64,000 bases of DNA, taken from the NCBI GenBank assembly GCA_044070495.1, contig JBIPSI010000018.1:1-64000 (forward strand), given 5' to 3'. Positions 45,179 to 57,137 of this stretch are shown here, piece by piece. Within the stretch, counting starts at the first letter, position 1; each line of letters begins with the position of its first letter. Made by a program: the position numbers and the translations under genes. The notes below the pieces were generated by a model. The model saw nothing but the letters and a program-made list of their open reading frames with translations, had not been told where the DNA came from and did no database searches. The stretch comes from Spirulina sp. Its GTDB lineage: Bacteria; Cyanobacteriota; Cyanobacteriia; Phormidesmidales; Phormidesmidaceae.

Positions 45179-46010
45179 ACCGTCTGCGATTTCGAGTCAA
45201 AATGCCCTGACGGGGGCTGAACAGCAGGGCTAGCAAAAATCCGAGGAACACCGTTAGCCCAATGGCGGGGCCGGAGGGCAGATCGAGGTAGTAGCTGGCG
45301 TACATGCCGATGACGCCAAATAGCACCCCAAACATGGCCCCCACGATCATCATCCAGTGCAGTTCCTTAACGAGCAGGTAGGCGGTGGCGGCGGGGCCAA
45401 CCATCAGCGCCACCACCAAAATCACCCCCACGGTTTTAATGCCCGCAATGATGGCTAGGGTGATCGCCGCCGTGAGACCCAGGTTGATGACCTGGACGGG
45501 CAACCCCAGGGCCTCGGCACCGAGGGGATCGAAGGTGAAAAACAGGAGTTCCTTATAAAATAGTTTTACCCCCGTTAGCACCAGCAGGGCAATCAGGGCG
45601 ATCTGTCCCAAGTCTTGGGGCGTAATGCTGAGGATGTCGCCAAATAGCACCTGTTCTAGGCTGAGGGGCGTGTTGAGCACCGTCAGCAGGGTAATCCCTA
45701 GGGAAAAAAAGGTGGAAAAGGTGATCGCCATGGCCGTATCCACCTTAATTTTCGACTGGCGACGAATCCAGGAAATCAGGGCGGCGCTGCATAGCCCCAT
45801 GGCAAAGGCCCCTAGCAACGTCGGCAAGCGCAACACCTGGGCAATGGCCAAACCGGGCAGCACCCCGTGGGCCACCACATCCCCCAGCATGGCCATGCGC
45901 TGAACCATCAAATAGGTGCCCACCACGGGGCAAAGAATCCCCACCAGCACACTGGCCAGCAGGGCTTGACGCATAAAGTCGTAGCTGAGCGGGGCAATTA
46001 ACCCATCCAT
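45162..46010 (-). CDS. Metal (Mn/Zn/Fe) ABC transporter permease
   Basis: PLSYDFMRQALL, GDVVAHGVLPG, LFGDILSI, PSGPAI. Confidence 0.9.
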   Translation of the reverse strand: MDGLIAPLSYDFMRQALLASVLVGILCPVVGTYLMVQRMAMLGDVVAHGVLPGLAIAQVLRLPTLLGAFAMGLCSAALISWIRRQSKIKVDTAMAITFSTFFSLGITLLTVLNTPLSLEQVLFGDILSITPQDLGQIALIALLVLTGVKLFYKELLFFTFDPLGAEALGLPVQVINLGLTAAITLAIIAGIKTVGVILVVALMVGPAATAYLLVKELHWMMIVGAMFGVLFGVIGMYASYYLDLPSGPAIGLTVFLGFLLALLFSPRQGILTRNRRRSSGLP

Positions 46011-46345
46011 AGCAAACCCTTGTCTGTAAGCGAGCCTTTTGCAGTAGCAAACCCTTGTCAGTGGGGGGTCTGTTGTCGGTCTTGGCATAACCAACGCTAT
46101 CTTAGGCGAATCTTGGATGACATTTTGGCCTTGCGCGAAGGCCCCAAGTCTGAAAGAAAAGCGTAGATCTGCCCCTCTTTGGGGATTTGCCCTTTAGATA
46201 AGGACAGATCTGAACGGTCTCCCTCACCTCAATCGGGCAGGACGGAGCATCCCTTCAGAGTCTCTCAACGGAAACGGCGACCAGGATTGGGAGGTGGTTT
46301 TATGCCAACCCTTAACCCAGGATTTATCTGGATCTGGTCTGCTAA

Positions 46346-47479
<1,134 letters not shown>

Positions 47480-47517
47480 CGTTCGTCCGATGGAGTTGGG
47501 CCAGGTTGCCCTGGGTG

Positions 47518-47639
47518 GATCCCCCCTGCCCCCCTTGCAAAGGGGGGAACTGGAGTCAAAGTCCCCCTTTGCAAGGGGGATTTAGGGGGATCTCCCAGAA
47601 TTCAAAGTCCCCCTTTTTAAGGGGGATTTAGGGGGATCT
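47518..47639. repeat. Cyanobacterial dispersed repeat cluster
   Basis: Two TCAAAGTCCCCCTTTnnAAGGGGGATTTAGGGGGATCT copies plus one inverted arm. Confidence 0.8.
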
Positions 47640-47810
47640 GCTTGGATGCAACCGCCAGTCTCTCAATCTGGTCAAGACTGGCTCATCTCCAACGTAGGCA
47701 AGGAATCAGCAAGCACTGACACCGATGGGTTCAAAACACCGACGGCTTTGGGGAATGAGGTGATAGATTGAAGGCAAGATGCGTTTGTAAATTTTGGTTA
47801 ACCTCATCCC

Positions 47811-48320
47811 ATGCTGATTCTTTCTGCAACCAACGGCAACAATCTGAATTTGGCTCGTGCCTTTGCCGACGAAGCCACGAAGCAGGGCGCGACTGCCGAG
47901 GTCATGAGTTTGCCCGATCTACAACTGCCCCTCTACGACTCGGTGGTGGGTGAGGCTGGCCCAGGGTTGGCCAAACTCGAACAAGCCCTGAAGCAGCATC
48001 AAGGTTTGGTGGTCTGCGCCCCGGAGTACAACGGATCCATTCCGCCCGTGGTGAGCAATGCCATTGCCTGGTTATCGGTCAGTACGGAAGACTTCCGTGC
48101 CCTGTTCAATGCCCGTCCGGTGGCCCTGGCCAGCCACAGCGGCGGCGGTGGGCAGAAAGTCGGTCTTGCCATGCGTCAACAGTTATCCCACCTGGGTTGT
48201 AACGTGCTGGGCCGAGAAGTGGTGGCCAACGCCCAGAAGGACGCCAACCCCGAAGCCATTGCCGCCCTGGTGGCCCAACTTAGCGTCCTAGAATCGACTG
48301 CCGCTGACCTTCCCGCCTAG
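47811..48320 (+). CDS. NAD(P)H-dependent FMN reductase family protein
   Basis: LPLYD, APEYNGSIPP, SHSGGGG. Confidence 0.88.
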   Translation: MLILSATNGNNLNLARAFADEATKQGATAEVMSLPDLQLPLYDSVVGEAGPGLAKLEQALKQHQGLVVCAPEYNGSIPPVVSNAIAWLSVSTEDFRALFNARPVALASHSGGGGQKVGLAMRQQLSHLGCNVLGREVVANAQKDANPEAIAALVAQLSVLESTAADLPA

Positions 48321-48428
48321 GTCTAGCCCTCGGACTTGGGAGCCTCAGCCGCGATGTCCTCTTTGGTTCTGGCTAGTTTTTGGTCAAAATTCGATCCTGT
48401 CCCTTAGGATCACGGCATAGATTTTGCC

Positions 48429-51020
48429 ATGACCATGCCCCAGGACGACGTGACTCCTCCCGACCATTCGCCCCCCACCCAGGACACCCCCAAGGATGCC
48501 GTAGACGGTACCCTGCTTGGGCTACTTACCCTGGCACTGTATACCCTGTTCACCCTACTCCCCGGCAGCAGCACCATGATGACGGCTTGGCCGTGGGTGT
48601 TTTTGTGGCAGATGGCGTTGCTGTTGCCGATTCTGTGGCTGCTTTGGCAGGTGTGGCAGAAACCCCTGGTGTCCCTGGCCCTGGGGGGCGGGCTGGACTG
48701 GGTGGCAGCCTTGGCGGTGGCGGGGTTGGGGATTTCTACCCTGGCGGCAGAGTTTCATGCCCAGGCGCTTTGGTATTCCTGGGCGGCGCTGGGGGGAATT
48801 GCGGCCCTCTATGCCCTGCGGGGATGGTTGACGGACATCAACCGGGTGAAAGCGGCGCTGAATTTTCAGGGATATTTAGCCCTAGCCTTTGTGGGGGTGA
48901 GTTTGGGCCTGTGGGTGCTGCAAATCTATCGGCCCGAACTGGCTCGGTTGCAGGCGCTTCAGCAGTACGGGGTGGAAACCGCCTTTAGTTTTCAATTCAC
49001 CAGCCTGCGGAACTGGCAACCCATTGGCCACCAAAACTATGTGGCGGGCTATCTGGGCCTGGTGATTCCCCTATTTGTGGGGTTGGCTTGGTTGGCGAAG
49101 GACTGGCGACGCTGGCTGTGGCTGGGGGCTATGGGGCTGGGCCTGGTGAATCTCTATACCACCAGTTCTCGCGGCGGCTGGCTGGCGTTGATTGCGGCGG
49201 GCTTGGTGGGCTTAGGCGTGGCGCTGATCTACAGTCCCCTACCCCGGCGCTGGGTGTTGGCGGTCGGGCTAGGGGGCACCGCCCTGGTATTGGCGTTGAT
49301 ATTCAGCAACAGTCGCCTACGACAAGCCCTGGCGGGCCTCACCAGCGGCAACTTGGCCGGAGGAGAGTTCTCCTACCGCGCGGTCACCAATGCGGTGGGC
49401 TGGAATATGGGCAAAAGCGCCCCCCTGACCGGGATCGGCCCCGGCAGTGTGCCCCTCGTCTACCAAGCCTATCGCCCCCACTGGGCCGGACGAGATGCCG
49501 AACTACAATTTCAACTGCACAGCACCCCCGCCCAACTGTGGGGCGAATTAGGGATTTGGGGTGTCATCGTTCCCCTGGCCTTGGTTGGGGTAATTCTCGC
49601 CTTGGTGATCCGCTGGATTCGTGCCGATGCCCGCCACACCCCCTCCAGCCTGCCGCCCCTAATGGTCTGGTGCATCCTCTCGGCCCTGGTTGGCTTTTCT
49701 CTGATCAGCCTCACCGACTACCAACTCGACATCCTCCCCATCAGCGGCGTTCTCATCCTCTACCTCGCCACCCTTTCCCATACCCTCACCCCGTACGGGC
49801 GCACCGCCGTGCGCCCCAACCCCAACCCCAGCCGCCTGAACCGTATTCTCGTTGCCCTGGGCCTAGGGATGTCGTTGGCGATGAGTCTGTGGCTGGTGCC
49901 TGTGCATCGAGCCTGGGGGTTGTCTAGCGATGGCTTTGCCGCCCTAGCCAAGCAGGATGTTAATCGTTTTGCCCAAAGCCTGGATCGCGCCCATCAACTG
50001 GCTCCCTGGGAACCCTACTACCCCTACCAACTGGGCTGGAACCTGGGCGATCTCAGCTACCAGGTGACGGATAACCCCGACCTGCGGGCGGCCCTGTTGC
50101 GGGATGCGATTGCTTGGTTTGAGGTGGGAAATGAAACGGTGCCCTACCAAGAGTTTGGCCACTCTAACCTGGGCTGGCTGCTGCTAGATAATAGTCAACT
50201 CGACGAGGCCAAAGCTTCCTTTCAGCGATCCATTGGTCTCATTCCTGCCAAACCGGGAGTCTTTTTTGGCCTGGGCTTTAGCTGTCTGCGCCAGGACGAT
50301 ACCGCCTGCGCCACCGAGGCTCTTGCCCTAGAAATCCTTCGTCATCCGGTGCTGCTGACGAGTCCAATCTGGCAGATTGGCCCCCTAGCTGATCTCTATG
50401 GCCCCGTTACCGAACGCCTAGAAACCCTCTATGGCGAAATGCTGAGCCAAAGTACCGATCCTGCCCTGACCAGCTTTTTGCACCAAGGACGGGGCACCCT
50501 GCGCTGGTGGCTGGGGGATGTGGCCGGGGCCGCTGAGGATTGGGAAACATCCGGTGGCGTCCTCCAATCTGCCCTGCTGACCCTGGCTGAAGGCGGCACC
50601 GTGGATCTCGAAACCCTGCCAGAAATTCCGGCTAAGTACGCCATTGCTGCTTGGCAAACCCCCGACCAACGCCAAGCCCTGCTCGAAAAAGCCTGGGTGA
50701 CCCAGCCCGAAGACCTGCCCCAACTGGCCGACAGCCTACCCGATCCAGCGATGATCGCCAACCTAGTCGCCAGCATGGACAACGCCGCCAACTTTAAGGA
50801 CTGGCTGCAACGCACCGCCCCAAGCTGGCAGCCCCGCAGCGGTCGCCTGGGGTTTGGGGTGCTCAGCCGCCACATCGACGGGCCAACCCCTTCCGACTTT
50901 TACCCCAGGATTGAAAATGTGCCCATGGTGAAATTCTTCCCGGAGGTGATTGTTTCGCCAATCTTTCTACCAGCCCTAGATCAAGCCTTACAGCCCTATC
51001 AGCAGGGGGTTTTGGAGTAG
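48429..51020 (+). CDS. O-antigen ligase family protein with C-terminal TPR-like region
   Basis: Multi-TM; GHQNYVAG, TSSRGGW, GIGPG, QLHSTPAQLWGELG. Confidence 0.85.
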   Translation: MTMPQDDVTPPDHSPPTQDTPKDAVDGTLLGLLTLALYTLFTLLPGSSTMMTAWPWVFLWQMALLLPILWLLWQVWQKPLVSLALGGGLDWVAALAVAGLGISTLAAEFHAQALWYSWAALGGIAALYALRGWLTDINRVKAALNFQGYLALAFVGVSLGLWVLQIYRPELARLQALQQYGVETAFSFQFTSLRNWQPIGHQNYVAGYLGLVIPLFVGLAWLAKDWRRWLWLGAMGLGLVNLYTTSSRGGWLALIAAGLVGLGVALIYSPLPRRWVLAVGLGGTALVLALIFSNSRLRQALAGLTSGNLAGGEFSYRAVTNAVGWNMGKSAPLTGIGPGSVPLVYQAYRPHWAGRDAELQFQLHSTPAQLWGELGIWGVIVPLALVGVILALVIRWIRADARHTPSSLPPLMVWCILSALVGFSLISLTDYQLDILPISGVLILYLATLSHTLTPYGRTAVRPNPNPSRLNRILVALGLGMSLAMSLWLVPVHRAWGLSSDGFAALAKQDVNRFAQSLDRAHQLAPWEPYYPYQLGWNLGDLSYQVTDNPDLRAALLRDAIAWFEVGNETVPYQEFGHSNLGWLLLDNSQLDEAKASFQRSIGLIPAKPGVFFGLGFSCLRQDDTACATEALALEILRHPVLLTSPIWQIGPLADLYGPVTERLETLYGEMLSQSTDPALTSFLHQGRGTLRWWLGDVAGAAEDWETSGGVLQSALLTLAEGGTVDLETLPEIPAKYAIAAWQTPDQRQALLEKAWVTQPEDLPQLADSLPDPAMIANLVASMDNAANFKDWLQRTAPSWQPRSGRLGFGVLSRHIDGPTPSDFYPRIENVPMVKFFPEVIVSPIFLPALDQALQPYQQGVLE

Positions 51021-51089
51021 GAATCTGACGGATAAGATTTTGGCCAAGGTTGGGGCGCACCGCTGTGCGCCCGTACGGTGGATTTTGGG

Positions 51090-52067
51090 TTAGGGAGATT
51101 CCCGTTGGCGGACGGCTTCTAGGCCAGCCGAAATTCCCCTAGGGCGATACCCCAGATCCATCGCTCGCTGGTTGTTGGAGGAGACATCGGCGGGGCGGGC
51201 GGCGGCCATAGCAACATCGGCTTGGCGGCAGGGCTGGATGAGTTGGGCATCCAGGTCAAATACCTCGGCCATGCGGAGGCCAAACTCGTAGCGGCTGAGG
51301 CGTTCTGGGCCACCAAGATGTAGCAGCAGACCAGGATGTTTGAGGGCCAACAGTAGCCCAGCGGCCACGTCTTCCACGTAGGCGGGGGTGCGGTATTCGT
51401 CGGTGAATAGATAGAGAGACTGTCCCCTTCGCAAACGAGCTAGAAAATCCTGCAAAAAGCAAGCTCCGTGGGCGCTAGGGGGGCCATAGAGCAAGGGTAA
51501 ACGGCAGAGGGTGGCGGCGGGGTAGAGGGATCGAATCCGTTGTTCGGCCTCTAGTTTGTGGCGTCCGTAGGTGTTGATGGGGTTGGGGAGGCTGGTTTCG
51601 TCGTAGGGGGGCGCTTGGCCGCCGAAGACCTGATCGGTGGAGGTGAACACCAGGGGAATTTGATCCTCGCGGCAGAGGGTAGCTAGGGTCTCGCTGGCCT
51701 GCACATTGATGGCGTAGGACAGGTCTGGATTTTGCTCACAGCGGTTGGGCTGGGAGAGGGCGGCGGTGTGGATCACGCCATCGGGTCGCCAATGCTGGAA
51801 CCACTCCGTCACTGCCGAAGTATTCGTCAAATCAAGGCGGTGATAGGTCACGCGATCCTCAGTTACGCGATCCTCGGTCAAGCGATCCTCAGTTACGCGA
51901 TCAATGGTGGCTGTCCTAGCGGTTGCTGGAACTACAGAATGCCGATGGTAAATGCCTTGTACCTGTCCTTGGGTTTGAGCGAGCTGGATCAGGGGTTCTC
52001 CCAAAAAGCCGCTGGCTCCTGTAATGAGTAAACCGCCGGGGGAGGTGGGGTGGGGAGAATCAGCCAT
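51090..52067 (-). CDS. RmlD-like NAD(P)-dependent reductase (extended SDR)
   Basis: ITGASGFLG, STDQVF, YGRHK, ARPADVS. Confidence 0.88.
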   Translation of the reverse strand: MADSPHPTSPGGLLITGASGFLGEPLIQLAQTQGQVQGIYHRHSVVPATARTATIDRVTEDRLTEDRVTEDRVTYHRLDLTNTSAVTEWFQHWRPDGVIHTAALSQPNRCEQNPDLSYAINVQASETLATLCREDQIPLVFTSTDQVFGGQAPPYDETSLPNPINTYGRHKLEAEQRIRSLYPAATLCRLPLLYGPPSAHGACFLQDFLARLRRGQSLYLFTDEYRTPAYVEDVAAGLLLALKHPGLLLHLGGPERLSRYEFGLRMAEVFDLDAQLIQPCRQADVAMAAARPADVSSNNQRAMDLGYRPRGISAGLEAVRQRESP

Positions 52068-52077
52068 GGGTTGAGGG

Positions 52078-52110
52078 GTTGGTTGTTGGTTATTGGTTGT
52101 TGGTTATTGG
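52078..52110. repeat. Heptamer tandem repeat (RTTGGTT)n
   Basis: GTTGGTT GTTGGTT ATTGGTT GTTGGTT ATTGG. Confidence 0.75.
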
Positions 52111-52133
52111 GGGGTGGGGAGGATTTTTGAGGG

Positions 52134-53093
52134 CTAGCGTAGCGTATTTAAGGCTTGGGCGATTCCGGCACCGATGGCTTCGGCTAGGGTGCTAATTAAG
52201 CGGTAGAGCACAACGGCACTGAGGATCACCGCCACCGGGAGGGTGTCCTGGAGCAGCGGTACGGCGAGGGCTTCCACAACGCCCAGACCTCCAGGCGCGC
52301 CGGGGACGATCAACCCTGCTAGCCAAGCAAGGCTAAAGCGGCTGATTACCGTTGGCCAAAGGCTCTGAGGGAGGGGACTGAGGGCGCTGACAATCAGCCC
52401 AAAGCCCAGGCCCCGCAGCAGCACAAACCCCACTTCGCCCATCAGGGGTTTGAGGGGATAGTGTGTTAAAAGGGCGGGGGCGGAATTTGGATCTCCAGGG
52501 AGTGACGAGGCTGTGGGGGATGCTCCTAACGCCTGGGATCCATCTAGGTTGTGATCAGCCGCGAGGGATTTCGCCTTGCCTTGACTCAGTTTTCTCAGCA
52601 GGGGATTTAGAACGTTAGGATGCAGACCCGCTAGCACTAAGGTCAGCAACGCCAGTTGTCCGGGCCAGTAAATCGTAGGCTTGGCTAAGCCCACCAGCAA
52701 GGCCGCCGCCGCCATCAACACTGGATCCAGCACTACGCCCAGAATGGCGGGTACCGTAGCAATGCCCAGACTACGCAGGGCTTGAATGCGCCCATAAAAA
52801 TGCCAAATGTTCCCCGGCAGGTATTTCAAAAGGTTCGTTTTGAGGTAGATCACCATACTCCAACGCCCCCCCACGGGTTGCTGAAGGGCTTGTAAAATCC
52901 AACTCCAGGCCCAGCCCGACCAACCGTGGGCTAGCAGAGTCATGCCTAGGGATGCCCCCAGTCGCCCAGCGGCATCGGGTTGAATCTGAAGGGCCAGCAC
53001 CTCGGCCCAATGCCCCCTCAGCGTGCGCCCCAAAAACAGGATCGCCGCCGCCATCACCGCCCACCGCAGGATGCGTTTTATCCGTTGCTGCAA
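52134..53093 (-). CDS. Lysylphosphatidylglycerol synthase TM-domain/UPF0104 membrane protein
   Basis: KYLPGNIWHF, PGAPGGLGVVE, YRLIS; TTG start behind a GGAGG SD. Confidence 0.82.
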   Translation of the reverse strand: MQQRIKRILRWAVMAAAILFLGRTLRGHWAEVLALQIQPDAAGRLGASLGMTLLAHGWSGWAWSWILQALQQPVGGRWSMVIYLKTNLLKYLPGNIWHFYGRIQALRSLGIATVPAILGVVLDPVLMAAAALLVGLAKPTIYWPGQLALLTLVLAGLHPNVLNPLLRKLSQGKAKSLAADHNLDGSQALGASPTASSLPGDPNSAPALLTHYPLKPLMGEVGFVLLRGLGFGLIVSALSPLPQSLWPTVISRFSLAWLAGLIVPGAPGGLGVVEALAVPLLQDTLPVAVILSAVVLYRLISTLAEAIGAGIAQALNTLR

Positions 53094-53218
53094 GCGCAAT
53101 TCCTCCCTTCCTGGGTGATCGCGAATGGGTGATCGCTGCGATCTGGCCCTTCCGGCGATCCCCTTCCGTAGGAAAATAGCACTACCGAACCCTTTGGCCC
53201 TAGACGCGAGATTTTGCC

Positions 53219-54388
53219 ATGGTGACCGCATCCTCTGCTTCCCAAACCTCCCCAACCTCAGTCCGCAACACCCATCGGCCCTCCCTTGCGCCTCTGGTGG
53301 TGCCCAATCGGCTGCTGCTGGGGCCAGGGCCATCCAATGCCCACCCCCAGGTGATTGCGGCCATGAATCACCAGCCCATCGGCCACCTGGATCCCGACTA
53401 CCTGGTGATGATGGACGAAGTTCAGGAACTGCTGCGCTACACCTGGCAGACCGACAACGCCCTCACCTACGCCATTGCCGGGACGGGATCGGCGGCCATG
53501 GAGGCCACCCTAGCCAACGCCATTGAACCGGGGGATCGGGTGCTGGTGGCGGTGAAGGGCTACTTTGGCCATCGCCTAGTGGCCATGGCCCAGCGCTACG
53601 GGGCCGAGGTGGTTACCATCCAAAAGCCCTGGGGCGAAGCCTTCACCCTGGAGGAAATTACCGCTGCTCTCCAGACCCACCAGCCTGCGGTGATGGCCAT
53701 CGTCCATGCCGAAACCTCCACCGGGGTGCGTCAGCCCCTAGAGGGCGTAGGGGCCGTCTGCCGAGAACAGGGCTGTCTGCTGGTGGTGGATACGGTCACC
53801 AGTTTGGGCGGCGTACCGATTTTTCTGGATGACTGGCAGGTGGATTTGGCCTATAGCTGTAGCCAAAAGGGGCTGAGCTGCGCCCCTGGTATTTCCCCCT
53901 TCACCATGGGACCAAGGGCCGTAGAAAAGCTGGAACGCCGCGCCCAGCCCGTAGCCAACTGGTATTTGGATGCGGCCCTGCTGAGGCAATATTGGGGCCG
54001 CGAACGAACCTATCACCACACCGCCCCTGTCAACCTCACCTATGCCCTGCGGGAGGCCCTGCGCCTACTGGCGGAGGAAGGCTTAGAGGCTCGCTGGCAG
54101 CGCCACCAACACACGGCGGAATACCTCTGGGCGGGGCTGGCGGATCTGGGCCTCGCCTGCCATGTGCCCCAGGAATTTCGGCTGCCTACCCTGACCACCG
54201 TGCGCGTGCCCGATGGCGTAGATGCCAAGGCCGTGGGGCGGCAACTGCTGACGGAATACAACATTGAAATCGGCGGCGGCCTGGGCGAACTCGCGGGCCG
54301 AGTGTGGCGCATCGGCCTGATGGGCCACAACAGCGACCCGACCCATGTAGATACCCTGCTGAAAGCTCTGAAGGCTGTGCTTCCCTAG
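53219..54388 (+). CDS. Alanine/serine-glyoxylate aminotransferase (class V PLP)
   Basis: RLLLGPGPS, VHAETSTGV, DTVTSLGG, SCSQKGL, YHHTAP, WRIGLMG. Confidence 0.92.
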   Translation: MVTASSASQTSPTSVRNTHRPSLAPLVVPNRLLLGPGPSNAHPQVIAAMNHQPIGHLDPDYLVMMDEVQELLRYTWQTDNALTYAIAGTGSAAMEATLANAIEPGDRVLVAVKGYFGHRLVAMAQRYGAEVVTIQKPWGEAFTLEEITAALQTHQPAVMAIVHAETSTGVRQPLEGVGAVCREQGCLLVVDTVTSLGGVPIFLDDWQVDLAYSCSQKGLSCAPGISPFTMGPRAVEKLERRAQPVANWYLDAALLRQYWGRERTYHHTAPVNLTYALREALRLLAEEGLEARWQRHQHTAEYLWAGLADLGLACHVPQEFRLPTLTTVRVPDGVDAKAVGRQLLTEYNIEIGGGLGELAGRVWRIGLMGHNSDPTHVDTLLKALKAVLP

Positions 54389-54516
54389 GGGGATTCCACC
54401 GACTTACACCAGGCCCTAGTTATACCCCCGGTTGAGTGGGCGAGAAGACCGCGCCCCTACGTCAGGTTGGACGGCTTAGCCATTAGGGTGATGGGATTCA
54501 GCTTGGGGATTACAAA

Positions 54517-54630
54517 AGATTCTGCGCCGGACGCGGAAACCTAGCCCCTACCGTATTGGGTTCATGTAGGGGCTAGGTCTCCTGACCCTTTGGCGGATAT
54601 GGGTTCTCGCAAGTGCCGCCAGTCAATCAG
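54517..54630 (-). repeat. REPIN-like element, copy B
   Basis: Reverse complement colinear with 12628-12730 and 58765-58894. Confidence 0.8.
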
Positions 54631-54711
54631 GGTAGGACGACACTGACCCAAATATCGCGAGCTGTATGTAAGGATTGCTATATCCCCTGCGACTAACCGT
54701 CAGTCCAGAGT

Positions 54712-54753
54712 TTTGTTGGCAATAGTTTGTTGGCGATAGTTTGTTGGCGATAA
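54712..54753. repeat. 3 x 14-bp tandem repeat TTTGTTGGCRATAR
   Basis: TTTGTTGGCAATAG TTTGTTGGCGATAG TTTGTTGGCGATAA. Confidence 0.8.
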
Positions 54754-54996
54754 CCGAGGGCTATTCTACGGAGTTGAACCCCTACGGATCGCTATATATT
54801 TGGTGAGGGAACGTAAATTTGCTGAAGCCTGAGTAATTTCACAGATTCGTTAGAATCAATTAATACCCTAGCTTAATCACTATTGAGCATTTAAATCCTT
54901 TTAAGTGCTTCAAATGGGCCGGAATTGACTCAGGCTAGGCTGTATTTATAGCTACCCTCCTGATTTCCTGTCGTCACCATCGTAAGGCTTTCTAAC

Positions 54997-55191
54997 ATGA
55001 ATCCAGCAGAGTTTGAAGCTCGCTATCAAGAGCAAGTTCGCGACATTTTGAACCGTCTGCAATCGGCCATGGCCGTATCCTCCCAGCTTGAAGCCTCCAT
55101 GGCCGACATTGGCGATTCCCTACAACAGCTCAGCCGCGAGGTAGAGCTATTTTTGGCCAGCCAGCGCCGATCTCAACCTGACCAACCCTAG
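54997..55191 (+). CDS. Small coiled-coil hypothetical protein
   Basis: 64-aa helical ORF after an AT-rich promoter-like region. Confidence 0.6.
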   Translation: MNPAEFEARYQEQVRDILNRLQSAMAVSSQLEASMADIGDSLQQLSREVELFLASQRRSQPDQP

Positions 55192-55334
55192 GAGAATCGG
55201 GTTAGCCCGTTATCCTAGGCGATCCCCTCCTATCCAATCCGCATCAGAAAAACCCGATTCCCAACCCAGAAAGCCGTAGGGGTGAGGTTTCCTCACCCCT
55301 ATCGATGGCAGGGGAAAGCAATCCGAATTTGGCA

Positions 55335-55730
55335 TCAAGGGGCCAATACCTCGCGAATGGTCTGCACCAGTTCCTTCAGGCGCACGGGTTTGACCAAATA
55401 GCGACAGGCCCCTAGGGCTAAGGCTCGTTCCTGGTTTTCTAGGAAGGCATAGCCAGAAACCACCACCACCGGAAGCCTTAGCCCGCCCGATGGGGTTTGC
55501 AGCATCTTCAAAAGACAGTAGCCATCGGGATCCGGCAGGCCCAGATCCAACACCAACAGATCCGGGTGAAAGTCCGCTAGGGTTTTCTGAAGCAACAGGC
55601 CATCGGGCAGAGCAAAGACCGTAAACCCAGCGAAGGTGAGGTAGTCAAAAAACAGCAGCCGATTGGCGTAGTCATCCTCAATGATGAGGATGCGTGGGGC
55701 ATAGATGAAGGCTTTTGGAGATGACACCAT
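55335..55730 (-). CDS. Single-domain CheY-like response regulator
   Basis: ILIIEDD, VLDLGLP, VSG, LVKP. Confidence 0.88.
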   Translation of the reverse strand: MVSSPKAFIYAPRILIIEDDYANRLLFFDYLTFAGFTVFALPDGLLLQKTLADFHPDLLVLDLGLPDPDGYCLLKMLQTPSGGLRLPVVVVSGYAFLENQERALALGACRYLVKPVRLKELVQTIREVLAP

Positions 55731-56055
55731 AACTCTGGCAAGCTCTCGCTAGGGTCTCGCCCATAGGGCTAACCGTGTTGCTGTTGCATCGTTCTGAGGG
55801 ATGGTAGGAAAGGACATCCCCTGGCCATCCATCCTGCCCTGGGAAAAGGGGCTGGGGCCTTTAAACCTTTATGGGGGCCGCAACAGGTTAAGCCGCAACA
55901 TTCCGAGGGAGACGGGGCAGTCAGGTTTCTGGGAAAAGGTGAAGACCCTATAACCATGGATTTTAATCTCTGCTGGGCTGACAATATGTCTCCGTCTAGG
56001 CCAATAGCCGGGGACACCATAGGAATTTATCCATTTAAAGATAGAGGGGGACTCT

Positions 56056-56436
56056 ATGGTTGATCCCACGGTTTTAGATCAGTTTATAGAGGCGCTCCGG
56101 GCCTATGGCCAAGCCTACGGTATGCCCTCCACCCTAGATCGCTGGCAAGGGATAGCGGCCACCCTTTTGCGACTGATGCAGGAGGGGCGCACTCAGCCCT
56201 TATCGGCAGACCAGGTCACCGATCTCTTAGCTCAATCCACCGCCCTGTGGGACGCCCCTGATCCCACGTTTCCCCGCTCCCCCGGCGAGATCGACACAGA
56301 TTCTAGGCCTACCCATGCCTCTGCGATGGATAGCCTAGCGGCGGCTGAACATCTAGGGGATCTGAACAACCCGGAAACCCTGGCCCGGACGGCACACCGT
56401 TGGCACCACCACCTACAGCTGACCTCATCGGTATAA
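56056..56436 (+). pseudogene. Hypothetical gene whose 3' end and stop are MITE sequence (likely truncated)
   Basis: Last codons and TAA lie within the 52-bp MITE right end. Confidence 0.5.
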
Positions 56437-56469
56437 CTTGGGACAAGCTTCGGCTTTTCAAACGTCCTC
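56418..56469 (+). mobile_element. Solo right end of the IS1031-like MITE
   Basis: Identical to 87-138 including the TIR, followed by TTA. Confidence 0.85.
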
Positions 56470-56497
56470 TTAGGGCTAGCGGGGCATCGGCCCAATC

Positions 56498-56647
56498 TAT
56501 AGCGGATTTCACACGGGTCAAGCACATGGCGATGATCCCCCCTACCCCCCTTTTTAAGGGGGGTATAGCGTGAACCTTAGACAACTAGGCACTGGGGGGA
56601 TCTAGAACTCAGCAAAGGTGTATCTCATGCTATCGAGAACCGCTATA
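56498..56647 (-). mobile_element. 150-bp TATAG-end MITE, copy 3
   Basis: TATAGCGGATTTCAC...GAGAACCGCTATA. Confidence 0.8.
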
Positions 56648-56664
56648 GCCGATGCAATACACGC

Positions 56665-56693
56665 AAAAAGCCGGGGTTATGCCCCGGCTTTTT
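56665..56693 (-). terminator. Intrinsic terminator of sbtAB (bidirectional-looking)
   Basis: AAAAAGCCGGGG-TTATG-CCCCGGCTTTTT. Confidence 0.8.
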
Positions 56694-56711
56694 GGTTGAT
56701 ATCATCTCAAC

Positions 56712-57056
<345 letters not shown>

Positions 57057-57137
57057 TTAGGTCTACATTTGTCTACATTCATTGAATCACTGGGTTAACG
57101 GGCCACAGGAACCCCGGCAAGCCGGAACCCTTTCGGG

